A stretch of DNA of 64,000 bases from an uncultured cyanobacterium (GCA_963706595.1 OY970166.1:2016001-2080000), one strand, 5' to 3'; counted from the first letter of the stretch, positions 53,674 through 63,350 are shown. A program made the numbers and translations. The notes: a model not told the origin generated them from the sequence alone.

Positions 53674-54026
53674 TGAATTGGGTACATCTAAATTTCATAG
53701 TTATCTCCCCAACTACTAAGCACTCCTAACAGAGATATTGAGTAAAACTTTGCTTAATCCGCGCAAACAACGCGGCAATTGTAAAATTATTGTAAAGGCA
53801 TGGAATATTAGCAAAATAACTTCCCCAGTTCTGTTTGGCTACACTCACGGCTAGCCCAGTCCGGGGAAAATATCTAAAAACTAGATAATAATTGAGTAAT
53901 AAATATCAACCCCTGTACTAGTTTTCAAAGTATGATTTTTAGTAGATCAACGACTTTTAAATCGACCTGACGATCTGGCTGAGTGGGCTAGGTCGCTTTT
54001 TATGAGATTTTGCTTTGTTGGCGCTA

Positions 54027-54914
54027 CTAGCCAAAAATAGATCCGGCAATCATTCCTGTCAGTAAAATAAAACCAATCCAAACATTTTGGCGGAAAATTT
54101 CACCATACACAGGGTTGGGTAAGTCTTTATTTCTTAAACGTAAACATTGCCAACTCCAGGCAATAGTAGCAATTGCTAGGCTAACCCAAAAGGCTATGTT
54201 CAGATTGATCAATATACCTAACCAAGCTAGTAAAATCACTGTACTCACAAAGAAAATACCAATAGCTACAGGGGCGTAATTACCAAAAAATAAAGCGCTG
54301 GAATTAACACCAATGCGTTGATCATCTTCGCGATCGCTCATAGCGTAAACTGTATCAAATCCCAATGTCCAGAGAATTGTCGCGCCCCACAATAGCCAAG
54401 CGGGTTGAGAAAGGTTCTGTGTGACTGCACTCCAGCTAATCAACACCGCAAAACCCCAAGCAATGGAAAGTACTAGCTGCGGTACGGGAAATACTCGCTT
54501 TGCACCTGGATAAAGTAAAATTACTGGTACAGCCTCCACAGATAACCAAAAACTTAAGGGGTTAAGATATAAAGCCAGTGCTGCTGCACAGACTAGGGAA
54601 ACAATAGCGACCACAATGCCAACTTTAATAGACAGGGCGCGAGAAGCTAGAGGGCGATCGCGTGTTCTCTCTACTTCCGGGTCAATGTCCCGATCCCACA
54701 AATCGTTAACTACACAACCAGCCGCACTTGTGGCTAGAGTACCTAAGACAATTACGCCTACTAAAGGTAAAGGTGGTTTTCCAGAGGCGGCTAAAAATAC
54801 AGCCCAAAGAGCCGGAATCATTAAAATTAACCGTCCCTCTGGTTTATGCCACCGCAAAAGCCGGATAATGGACAGCCATACAGGTTCCTGTTTGAGTTGC
54901 TGAGGATTTAGCAT
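54027..54914 (-). CDS. ubiA: 4-hydroxybenzoate solanesyltransferase (UbiA family)
   Basis: NDLWDRDID, RTRDRPLASR and DTVYAMSDREDD motifs. Confidence 0.9.
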   Translation of the reverse strand: MLNPQQLKQEPVWLSIIRLLRWHKPEGRLILMIPALWAVFLAASGKPPLPLVGVIVLGTLATSAAGCVVNDLWDRDIDPEVERTRDRPLASRALSIKVGIVVAIVSLVCAAALALYLNPLSFWLSVEAVPVILLYPGAKRVFPVPQLVLSIAWGFAVLISWSAVTQNLSQPAWLLWGATILWTLGFDTVYAMSDREDDQRIGVNSSALFFGNYAPVAIGIFFVSTVILLAWLGILINLNIAFWVSLAIATIAWSWQCLRLRNKDLPNPVYGEIFRQNVWIGFILLTGMIAGSIFG

Positions 54915-54995
54915 AAAAATCAAGTAATAACTTTAGATAGATGAATTCAAACATCTTTATATCTATAGAATAACGTTATTTGATATTTGTAAAAG

Positions 54996-55106
54996 GACGT
55001 TGCTGATTAGAAGTCTGAACAAGATTTTTGTTGATGTCAAAACCCCTGTAGAGACGTGACGTACCACATCTCTACACCTAAATTCCTACTTAATTTCAGC
55101 AACGCC
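54996..55106. mobile_element. MITE-like element with REP core
   Basis: TIRs GACGTTGCTGA / TCAGCAACGCC enclosing GTAGAGACGTG...CACATCTCTAC. Confidence 0.65.
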
Positions 55107-55353
55107 TGTAAAAGTACCACCTTTAACTGGCATCGTCGGTTACAAAACTTCAAAAGTTGTCCTGATAGTTGTGCTACAGGATAGTATTATTACACATCAG
55201 TATTTTTTCAGTGATGCGCTGAATGTGTCGGTAGTAAGTAACTATTCTGAGATTACTCATCTTTGCACTAGTCAGACTAAAGAATATATTTATTGAGCAT
55301 CCACAAAAGTGCTAAACACCCCGATGTACCACCTTTTTATGAGAGAACACTAG

Positions 55354-57003
55354 ATGCTGAATTTAGTTTCAGCTAGCTGGGAAAGTGTTAGCACTCAACC
55401 AGTTAAGCAAAACCGGATTATTGCGGCCATTGACATGGGAACTAATTCCCTGCACATGGTAGTAGTCAAGATTGACCCGACGTTACCATCGTTTCGGATG
55501 ATCGCCAAAGAAAAAGAAACCGTCAGACTGGGTAATCGTGACATCGCCACTGGAGAACTGAAACCAGAAATCATTGACAAGGCGATTACCGCCCTCAGAC
55601 GCTTTCAAGAAGTTGCTAAAACAGCTAATGCAGAAACCATCATTGCTGTCGCCACTAGCGCTGTGCGAGAAGCCCCGAATGGCAGAGATTTTCTGCACAG
55701 AGTAGAATTGGAGTTAGGTTTAAGCGTTGACTTGATTTCAGGTCAAGAAGAAGCCCGACGCATCTACTTAGGTGTACTTTCGGGGATGGAATTTAATAAC
55801 CAACCCCATATCGTCATTGATATTGGCGGTGGTTCTACAGAGTTAATTTTGGGCGATAGTCAAGAAGCCCGCAGTCTCACCAGTACAAAAGTTGGTGCAG
55901 TGAGACTCACCAGCGAGTTTATTACTAACGACCCCATCAGTGATACTGAGTTTCAGTACCTAGAAGCCTACACACGCGGGATGCTGGAACGTTCTGTGGA
56001 AGATGTGCTAGGAAATATCCAGTTGGGGGAATCTCCCCGTTTGGTGGGAACCTCTGGTACGATTGAAACCCTGGCGATGATTCATGCACGGGAAAATTTA
56101 GATACTGTTCCTTCGACTCTCAATGGCTACGAGTTCAGCCTCAAGGACTTGCAGAATTGGGTCTATCGCTTGCGAAAAATGACTTATTCGGAGATTTCTC
56201 ATATCCCCGGTATGCCAGATAAGCGGTCAGAAGTGATCTTGGCTGGGGCTGTGATTTTACAGTCAGCCATGAGTTTGTTAGGTGTGGAATCTGTGACGGT
56301 GTGCGGGCGCGCCCTCCGGGAAGGCGTGATTGTGGATTGGATGTTAGCCCACGGGTTGATTGAAGATCGACTGCGCTATCAAGGTTCAGTGCGTGAACGC
56401 AGTGTGCTGAAACAGGCTGATAAGTATCATATCAATTTAGAACATAGCGATCGCGTGGCTTTATTTGCCTTGAGTTTATTTGACCAAACCCAAGGGAAAT
56501 TACATAACTGGGGAGTCAACGAACGACAAATGTTATGGGCGGCGGCGATATTACATAATTGTGGGCATTATATTAGCCATTCGTCTCACCACAAGCATTC
56601 CTATTATTTAGTTCGCAATAGTGAATTACTTGGCTATACCGAAACCGAGATTGAAATTATTGCTAATTTAGCCCGTTATCACCGTAAATCACAGCCCAAG
56701 AAAAAACACGAAAATTACCGAAACTTGCTGAGTAAACAGCATCGCCAATTGGTTAGTCAATTGAGTGCAGTGTTGAGATTGGCAGTGGCATTAGATCGGC
56801 GACAAATTGGTGCGATCGCCCGCGTAGAATGTGACTACAATCCTGATAGCCAGGAATTTAAAATGTTGATTTTCCCCTCTAAACCTGATGATGACTGTGC
56901 TTTAGAACTTTGGAGTTTAGATTATAAAAAACCAGTGTTTGAAGATGAATTTAAAGTCAAGTTGATGGCTAATTTAAAACAGACTCCTATCACTAGAATA
57001 TAG
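55354..57003 (+). CDS. ppx: Ppx/GppA exopolyphosphatase
   Basis: AAIDMGTNS, ATSAVREAPN, EEAR, DIGGGSTE and LREG motifs plus a C-terminal HD-like domain. Confidence 0.93.
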   Translation: MLNLVSASWESVSTQPVKQNRIIAAIDMGTNSLHMVVVKIDPTLPSFRMIAKEKETVRLGNRDIATGELKPEIIDKAITALRRFQEVAKTANAETIIAVATSAVREAPNGRDFLHRVELELGLSVDLISGQEEARRIYLGVLSGMEFNNQPHIVIDIGGGSTELILGDSQEARSLTSTKVGAVRLTSEFITNDPISDTEFQYLEAYTRGMLERSVEDVLGNIQLGESPRLVGTSGTIETLAMIHARENLDTVPSTLNGYEFSLKDLQNWVYRLRKMTYSEISHIPGMPDKRSEVILAGAVILQSAMSLLGVESVTVCGRALREGVIVDWMLAHGLIEDRLRYQGSVRERSVLKQADKYHINLEHSDRVALFALSLFDQTQGKLHNWGVNERQMLWAAAILHNCGHYISHSSHHKHSYYLVRNSELLGYTETEIEIIANLARYHRKSQPKKKHENYRNLLSKQHRQLVSQLSAVLRLAVALDRRQIGAIARVECDYNPDSQEFKMLIFPSKPDDDCALELWSLDYKKPVFEDEFKVKLMANLKQTPITRI

Positions 57004-57010
57004 TTTGAAA

Positions 57011-57174
57011 AAGAGGCAAGGGAGCAGGTAGCAGGGAGCAGGGGGGAAAGTCCAGATGGGGATTCGACCCCATCAGGACGAGAAGCACTTTGTAGAAGTG
57101 GGGGACTCAGACCCATTTTCCGCTCCGCTTCACGGCAGGAGGAAGGTGTTATTTCCCCCTGCCCCTGCCTCTTC
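57011..57174. repeat. dispersed repeat with inverted termini
   Basis: AAGAGGCA(A)GGG ... CCCTGCCTCTT ends with internal hairpins; a short REP palindrome GTAGGTGCG...CGCACCTAC follows at ~57188-57220. Confidence 0.55.
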
Positions 57175-57289
57175 GTTAAACAATAAGTGTAGGTGCGTTA
57201 CACTGTGTTACCGCACCTACCAAACCATCTAAAATTTGACAATTGATTGCCGCAACTGCGTTAAAAAAAACAATTTCTCTTATTTGCCA

Positions 57290-57772
57290 TCACGGCTGGT
57301 TTAGTCCCTCTAATTTAATTTCTGCTTCATTAATTTGCTTTTGGATTAACCTAAGTCTCGCCTCGGCTATTTGTTTTTGTACTTCTAATAGTTCAGTTTC
57401 TTTATTAATACGATTCATTCTAACTTTATGTGACGTAGTGCGTCCTGGTTGAAAAATTAATCCCATATAAACAGTGAGATTTTTAGCATCAAGAGTATTC
57501 AGTCCCACTGACATATTTAAACCAAAGTCATTCTCTGTATTCACTGGAGTATTGAGAGGATGATCTAGTGGATAGATGTTTGGGACATTAAACTCATTAA
57601 TATTCTCAGCATTATTTTGGTTGGGAGTTTGAAAAACATTATTAAAATTTCCATTGACGGTAGAATCGCTGTTAGTACTTTGTTGTGAAAAAGCAGGTTG
57701 ATTTACCAGTGTTTCGGCGATTAAGAGCTTTAAAATGGCAGTAGGCAATAAAATTGCTAATCTTCGTAACAT
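57290..57772 (-). CDS. hypothetical secreted protein (Asn-rich, amphipathic beta-hairpin, C-terminal coiled coil)
   Basis: Signal peptide ending QPAFS; alternating strands FGLNMSVGLN / LTVYMGLIFQ; heptad tail. Confidence 0.7.
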   Translation of the reverse strand: MLRRLAILLPTAILKLLIAETLVNQPAFSQQSTNSDSTVNGNFNNVFQTPNQNNAENINEFNVPNIYPLDHPLNTPVNTENDFGLNMSVGLNTLDAKNLTVYMGLIFQPGRTTSHKVRMNRINKETELLEVQKQIAEARLRLIQKQINEAEIKLEGLNQP

Positions 57773-57971
57773 GATTTGTTTACATTTACTAGTCTTACAG
57801 ATTTAACTTCAGCTATAACTTTTGTACTTGAATATCAGAGGATAGATCATCAAAATTGTTCTCCCGACCTATATTAAGGAAAGTAGATTGAATTTTTTGT
57901 AAATTAGATTACCGATATAAAAGTCCTAAATCATTTATGAACTTCTTCCCTGAATTTTACACCTTGCTACA

Positions 57972-58229
57972 TATAGGAATCTGATTTGATTATTGAAAAA
58001 ATCTAAGTATATGTAGTGGCGTGACAAGGCTAAAATGTTGCAATAGATTTTTGAGAAAATCGAGATAAATCAATGTTTTCTGCTTTTTACCTAATGCACT
58101 ATTTTAAGCTTGCCACGCTAGTAGGGTGTGTTATGGCTTTAGCCTAACGCACCGTCTTCTGTGGTCTTGGTGTCGTACTCTCCTCGATAACACACCCTAC
58201 TTGTGTTTCATAAATCAAAATCGAATACA
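57972..58229. mobile_element. nested element: MITE containing a REP pair, with an IS630-related MITE (58016-58121) inserted in it
   Basis: Outer ends resemble 11627-11768; the inner 106-bp MITE is flanked by TA at 58014-15 and 58122-23. Confidence 0.85.
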
Positions 58230-58233
58230 TTAT

Positions 58234-58683
58234 TTAGTCAACATAAATAATTAAGGTATTGGCGATATTACCATTACCTGTATTTTCCTGGGTAACTCGT
58301 GTATTGATTCCAATTAATTCCAGCTTAAATGCAGATGTAATTGGAGTATAACTACCCATAATATCTATAGTATTTTTACCTTTCTTTAAAACAGGAGAAA
58401 GATTAATCTGAGTGCTATTGTTTGTAAATTTAGCAATTATTATACCATTAAGTTTAATGTTTCCTGTTAACAGGTCAGTGTGTCGAGAACCCCTAATTTT
58501 CAGTAAATACTTTTCTTTAAATTCATCAATACTTAAATTAATAATTGTTGTTTGTGTCGTTTCTTTTAGTTGAGTTGGATTAGCAAAAGCCAAATATGGT
58601 ATTATAATAGACATACTCATTGCTAAAAAACCAGAATAGCAAATCGCAGTTAATATTTGCTGAAAATTCATATTTATTTCCAA
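58234..58683 (-). CDS. hypothetical secreted beta-rich protein
   Basis: Signal peptide ending LAFA; GNIKLNG...INLSPVLKKGKNTIDI beta-sandwich-like pattern. Confidence 0.7.
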   Translation of the reverse strand: MEINMNFQQILTAICYSGFLAMSMSIIIPYLAFANPTQLKETTQTTIINLSIDEFKEKYLLKIRGSRHTDLLTGNIKLNGIIIAKFTNNSTQINLSPVLKKGKNTIDIMGSYTPITSAFKLELIGINTRVTQENTGNGNIANTLIIYVD

Positions 58684-58787
58684 CGATTGTTTTTTATATT
58701 ATATGAGCTAAAAAATAAATGAATTTGTAGGGGTTTAACAGTGGTATGGTAAACCCTTACTAAATAAAAGATTGAATGTACTAATTT

Positions 58788-59162
58788 TTAGGGGTGAAAA
58801 TTTTTTGGTGTTTTGACATTAACGGGAACAACTATGCTACTTTTAACAGTTGGTCCACTCATACCAGTGCTATTACGCCCATTATTTCTAATTTCGTGAC
58901 GAACCTCTTGATGCTGTCTCACACGCCCATTATTACTAGTATTTACTTGTACTGCTGTAGAAGAACTGGTATTTCCTGTACAGGATTTTGGACTGTGCAT
59001 TTCCACATTAGACGTTTGTGTGGCTGGTGTGTTAGACATATTAAGCTGAACGCCAACATGGGACATAACACACTGTGCTACTGCGGGTTTAGTAGCAAAA
59101 GTAGCCACGGTTAAACACATACCAAAAGATAAAAAACCAAGATATAAATCTTTACGTTTCAT
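58788..59162 (-). CDS. hypothetical secreted Ser/Thr/Asn-rich protein
   Basis: GGGGTGA RBS, signal peptide ending PAVA, two mature Cys, repeated VQLN/VQVN/VPVN. Confidence 0.75.
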   Translation of the reverse strand: MKRKDLYLGFLSFGMCLTVATFATKPAVAQCVMSHVGVQLNMSNTPATQTSNVEMHSPKSCTGNTSSSTAVQVNTSNNGRVRQHQEVRHEIRNNGRNSTGMSGPTVKSSIVVPVNVKTPKNFHP

Positions 59163-59185
59163 CTAAATCACCCCATATTTGGACG

Positions 59186-59530
59186 TTAATAACAAGATAC
59201 GGAAACCGTACTACTTTGAGTGCTGTGTCTATTATTTCTGCTAACTTGTGTTGTTTCTTGTTTAACAACACTACCTGATTTTTTACAGGAATTTCTCCAA
59301 AAAATATTGAAATGATCAAGGGGACGATTTCTATTTATATAGCTGCTTCTGGAAGGAACAGTTAGCTTTGTATTTCCAGTGTCTATATAAAAATTTCCGT
59401 GGGAATCTTGATTGATTCTCACACGCCCTGCTTGCATATCTATTTCACTTGCTTGGGTAACAACAGGTAGAAATAAGGTGAAGAAAATTAGAAGGGAGAA
59501 AAATTTGTACATAAGCATGGGAAATCCCAA
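59186..59530 (-). CDS. hypothetical secreted protein
   Basis: Signal peptide ending VTQA; C-terminal Cys pair flanking a polar Q/S/T-rich segment. Confidence 0.7.
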   Translation of the reverse strand: MGFPMLMYKFFSLLIFFTLFLPVVTQASEIDMQAGRVRINQDSHGNFYIDTGNTKLTVPSRSSYINRNRPLDHFNIFWRNSCKKSGSVVKQETTQVSRNNRHSTQSSTVSVSCY

Positions 59531-59544
59531 GTTAAAGAAAAAGT

Positions 59545-59580
59545 TTAGGGTAAAGTTATGTTGTGTCAGCTTTACCCTAA
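59545..59580 (-). terminator. intercistronic stem-loop with U-tract
   Basis: Minus strand TTAGGGTAAAG...CTTTACCCTAA followed by ACTTTTTCTTT. Confidence 0.65.
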
Positions 59581-59641
59581 TAATTTAGCACCCGAAACTC
59601 AATCTAAGTCAAGGAAAACTGCCAATTATTCTGAATGATGA

Positions 59642-59983
59642 TTAATGATTATATCTGCCTCTATCATGGTGATTGTGTTGTTGGTCTCTTTGATGAATTT
59701 GTTGGTTGTTTTGAGAAGCTTTGTTGACACAAAGATTACCATTACCAAAAGTGTCACACTCTTGACCTATAGCTTGACCGTTAGCGCCATTACCACCAGC
59801 GTTTTTATTGACATTTAGATGGTTTTGTGTAGCATTATTAATACTGCGGTTGTGATTGCCAGTGGTAACACTTCTTTGGTTGATAATTTGAGCGTTATCA
59901 ACATGACTAGGCCGAGCATTAGCAGGAGTAGACGCAAGCGCGATCGCACTTAAAGTGAATAGACCGATGATAAACTTATTCAT
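59642..59983 (-). CDS. secreted Asn/Gln-rich protein with two curlin-like repeats
   Basis: Signal peptide ending PANA; repeats NAQIINQRSVTTGNHNRSINNATQN and NGQAIGQECDTFGNGNLCVNKASQN. Confidence 0.75.
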   Translation of the reverse strand: MNKFIIGLFTLSAIALASTPANARPSHVDNAQIINQRSVTTGNHNRSINNATQNHLNVNKNAGGNGANGQAIGQECDTFGNGNLCVNKASQNNQQIHQRDQQHNHHDRGRYNH

Positions 59984-60357
59984 GGAAAACTCTACAGTTT
60001 TGAATGGTTAATCTACCCACTAGCTCTGATTAGCTTGAAGCAGTTGGGTTTGCTAGCTTTTTGTCTCAGCTATAAATAACCATAAGAGTATTTTTAGTCC
60101 TGATCTGCTTACAAAGTACAAAGTCTCCGAAGCTTTTTGGTTGATGGCTGACATTTTTTCAAAGATTTAATAACTTTAATCAAAAAGTCATCTACAATTG
60201 TGATTTAAAAATTAACTTAATGATAAAGTTTATTAATACTCTGAGTATAATCTTCTTTCCTATTCATCAAGATCCTCAGCGAACACAAAAGTACAAAAAT
60301 CGGTAAAATTAGGTAAAGTAATTTTGGCATTGGTTAAACAAAGGCATCAGCAAACTC

Positions 60358-61374
60358 ATGCAACTGAAACTCAGTGCATCTAAATTTCCCTTCGCTCCTT
60401 TACTCTTAATCGCCCCTTTTTTCTTCTGGGGAACGGCAATGGTGGCGATGAAAGGAGTCATACCCCACACTACACCCCTATTTATGGCAGGTGTGCGATT
60501 GCTACCAGCTGGGGTGTTAATTTTGATTGCGGCAGTATTGATGGATAAACCCCAGCCAAAGGGTTGGTCAGCATGGCTGTGGATTATTTTATTTGCTTTG
60601 ATAGATGGGGCTTTATTTCAAGGCTTTTTGGCAGAAGGTTTAGTCAGAACTAGTGCTGGTTTAGGGTCGGTGATGATTGACTCTCAACCTTTGGCGGTGG
60701 CTTTGTTGTCGTTGTGGCTCTTTCAAGAACATATTGGTTTGTGGGGATGGCTGGGATTAGGACTGGGAGTCATCGGCATTAGTTTAATTGGTTTGCCCGA
60801 TCAGTTGATTTTGCAGTTGTTTGATGCCAACGTCAATGCAACTGTTGGTAATTGGCAAGATTTGTTTGCTAGTGGTGAATGGTTAATGTTGTTAGCCGCC
60901 CTCTCAATGGCTGCGGGAACAGTGATGATTCGGTTTGTGTGTAGACACGCTGACCCAGTAACCGCTACGGGATGGCACATGATTTTGGGGGGATTGCCGT
61001 TGTGGGGAATTTCATCTGTAACTGAATCTCAGCAGTGGCAGAATCTGGTAACATCTGAATGGATGGCTTTGGGTTATGCTACAGTTTTTGGCAGTGCGAT
61101 CGCCTATGGCTTATTTTTCTACTTTGCTTCTAGCGGTAGCCTCACCAGTCTGAGTTCTCTGACCTTTTTGACTCCCGTCTTTGCCCTATTATTTGGCAAT
61201 CTCTTTCTCTCGGAAGTTCTCAGTCCCTTGCAGTGGGTGGGAGTAGGACTGACTTTAATAAGCATTTATCTGATTAACCAGCGCGATAACTTGGCGGGAC
61301 AAAGTAACGAAGTGAGTGTGGGACAAGAAGTTAAACAGCACTCACGCGCCTTAGAAACCTCGGCTCATAAATAA
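60358..61374 (+). CDS. DMT/EamA family transporter
   Basis: About 10 TM helices; FFWGTA, SQPL and LTPVFA motifs. Confidence 0.9.
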   Translation: MQLKLSASKFPFAPLLLIAPFFFWGTAMVAMKGVIPHTTPLFMAGVRLLPAGVLILIAAVLMDKPQPKGWSAWLWIILFALIDGALFQGFLAEGLVRTSAGLGSVMIDSQPLAVALLSLWLFQEHIGLWGWLGLGLGVIGISLIGLPDQLILQLFDANVNATVGNWQDLFASGEWLMLLAALSMAAGTVMIRFVCRHADPVTATGWHMILGGLPLWGISSVTESQQWQNLVTSEWMALGYATVFGSAIAYGLFFYFASSGSLTSLSSLTFLTPVFALLFGNLFLSEVLSPLQWVGVGLTLISIYLINQRDNLAGQSNEVSVGQEVKQHSRALETSAHK

Positions 61375-61438
61375 ATTAGTCAGTTTCATGTTTTTTTTGT
61401 TACTTTAAAACTTAACATTTAGACATCTTGAAGTTATT

Positions 61439-62665
61439 GTGGAATCGATAACTTCAATGTACCTTCAGGCTGATACTGACAATATGAGGCTATCCCATTC
61501 CTCAATTCTGATTTTTACCTGTTTTACTTGCTTGGGTTTTTACCCACATCGCGCAAGTACGGCAGCATATCATCTAGCATCCCCAGAAATTGCACAAGCA
61601 AGTTCGACCACACCTGTCACCGAGAATGTTCTCAAACTCGGTAGTCAAGGGTCCTATGTTCAAATCATGCAAATTCAATTAAAGGATTTAGGATACTACG
61701 ATAGTGTGACAGATGGAGTATATGGGCAAAATACGCAAAATGCTGTAATTCAGTTTCAGAAATCCCAAAATTTAGAAAGAAGAGATGGAGTTGCTGATCA
61801 TGCAACTAGGCTCAGTCTGCAAACAGCTTGGGCAGAAAAAAATCCCTTTGCGCCCTTTGCTCGCGTCGCCTCCGCATCTACTACTCCAACTGTCCAGAAA
61901 ACTGAGCAGTCACAAGCCAGCGAGCGAGGGTTTATTTGGTGGTCATTATTGGGTCTAGGAATTCTAGGAACTATTGGCGCAGTCCTGTTTGGCATGAAAT
62001 GGTTCAGTCAGGTCAAAGACCAGCCAGAATCTACTCCTACCCAATTGAAAGCTTTGAGTCCTGGTGGCGAAAACTTAGTGCAGCCGCCGTTGCAAGAGTT
62101 GGAAACTGAATCAAAACCGCAGGAAAATCATGTATTGGCCATCAGTCCACAAACAGCAACAGCCTCTATTACCACAACAGTATCACCAGATGAAATGACT
62201 TCGCCTCTGACCAAACTGAATATTGTTGATGAATTGATTCAGGACTTACGCGGTAGCAATCGCCCGAAACGGCGCAGGGCTATTTGGGATTTGGGTCAGC
62301 AAGGTGACTCACGAGCTATTCAGCCCCTAGTAGACTTGATGATTGATGCTGATTCTCAACAACGCAGTTTAATTTTGGCGGCTTTGGCAGAAATTAACTC
62401 GCGCGCACTCACACCCATGAACCGTGCTTTGGCAATTTCATTGCAAGATGAAAGTCCACAAGTGCGACAAAATGCTATCCGTGACCTGACTCGCGTTTAT
62501 GACATGATGATTCAAATGAGCCAGATGTTAGTCCACGCGCTGGAGGACCCGGATGTTAATGTGCAAACTACGGCAAAGTATGCTCTGACTCAGATGAATA
62601 AAATGCGGATTTTACCCGATCAACAGAGTCTACCAAAAGGTCATCACCAAGAGGCAGAACAGTAA
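61439..62665 (+). CDS. peptidoglycan-binding domain protein with TM helix and HEAT repeats
   Basis: LKLGSQG...DGVYGQNTQNAVIQFQ; TM WWSLLGLGILG; HEAT repeats LQDESPQVR and LEDPDVNVQ. Confidence 0.85.
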   Translation: MESITSMYLQADTDNMRLSHSSILIFTCFTCLGFYPHRASTAAYHLASPEIAQASSTTPVTENVLKLGSQGSYVQIMQIQLKDLGYYDSVTDGVYGQNTQNAVIQFQKSQNLERRDGVADHATRLSLQTAWAEKNPFAPFARVASASTTPTVQKTEQSQASERGFIWWSLLGLGILGTIGAVLFGMKWFSQVKDQPESTPTQLKALSPGGENLVQPPLQELETESKPQENHVLAISPQTATASITTTVSPDEMTSPLTKLNIVDELIQDLRGSNRPKRRRAIWDLGQQGDSRAIQPLVDLMIDADSQQRSLILAALAEINSRALTPMNRALAISLQDESPQVRQNAIRDLTRVYDMMIQMSQMLVHALEDPDVNVQTTAKYALTQMNKMRILPDQQSLPKGHHQEAEQ

Positions 62666-62666
62666 C

Positions 62667-63125
62667 TCATAAATATTTCAATTGGATTTGGATAACTGTA
62701 TTTGGGCCTGCTAACAAAAAAGCGGCTTCCTTGAACTTAGGAGGACTGGTGCGAACTTCTGGGTTTCTGGAAAACCCAAAGCCTTCGATGGGCATACCAA
62801 GGTTATTACGATTGAGGATTTGGTCTTTATTCTGATCATGGATAACGGCAACAGCATAACTACCCGCTTGTAAGTTATCAAAAGTCACTTTTAAAGACCC
62901 CTCGGCAATCTGGGTGCATTGCCTTTTGAATACGCGATCGCTTTTGCTGGGAAATCCTTGACTATTAGCAAATATGCTCACACAAACCTGTCCTTCTGTG
63001 TTCCGAAATCCATCAATTTCCACGGTGAGATTACCCTGAAAACTTGCCCTAGCACTGGATATCCAGGTAAAATTTCCGATAACTGCCAGTAACAGCGCAC
63101 TCAGTCCCAGTTTTTTCATCATCAT
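62667..63125 (-). CDS. DUF2141 family protein
   Basis: GSYAVAVIHDQN and GMPIEGFGFSRNP motifs. Confidence 0.9.
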   Translation of the reverse strand: MMMKKLGLSALLLAVIGNFTWISSARASFQGNLTVEIDGFRNTEGQVCVSIFANSQGFPSKSDRVFKRQCTQIAEGSLKVTFDNLQAGSYAVAVIHDQNKDQILNRNNLGMPIEGFGFSRNPEVRTSPPKFKEAAFLLAGPNTVIQIQLKYL

Positions 63126-63240
63126 GTCGTCACTAAAATCAAAAAAAATTTGTTGGCACTAAGTACAGTTTGGCATTAATTTGTCACGGTTAACATCTAA
63201 ATACTCATTTTGAATTGGTTTTGACTTGTAAGTTGCTGTA

Positions 63241-63350
63241 CTAGTACAGCACGGCGTAAATAAACCAACCATTCCAAGTCAATGAAAATCCTATAGAATA
63301 AGCTTTTTGACTTTTGACTTTTGACTTTTGACTTCCGCTTTGCGGTACTA
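63241..63350. mobile_element. MITE-like element with a (TTTTGAC)n tract
   Basis: Ends CTAGTACAGC / GCGGTACTAG, abutting the kinase stop codon. Confidence 0.6.

Noticed and set aside
58794..59114. 106-aa plus-strand ORF
   Set aside because: Antisense shadow of the 124-aa secreted protein, which has an RBS and a signal peptide
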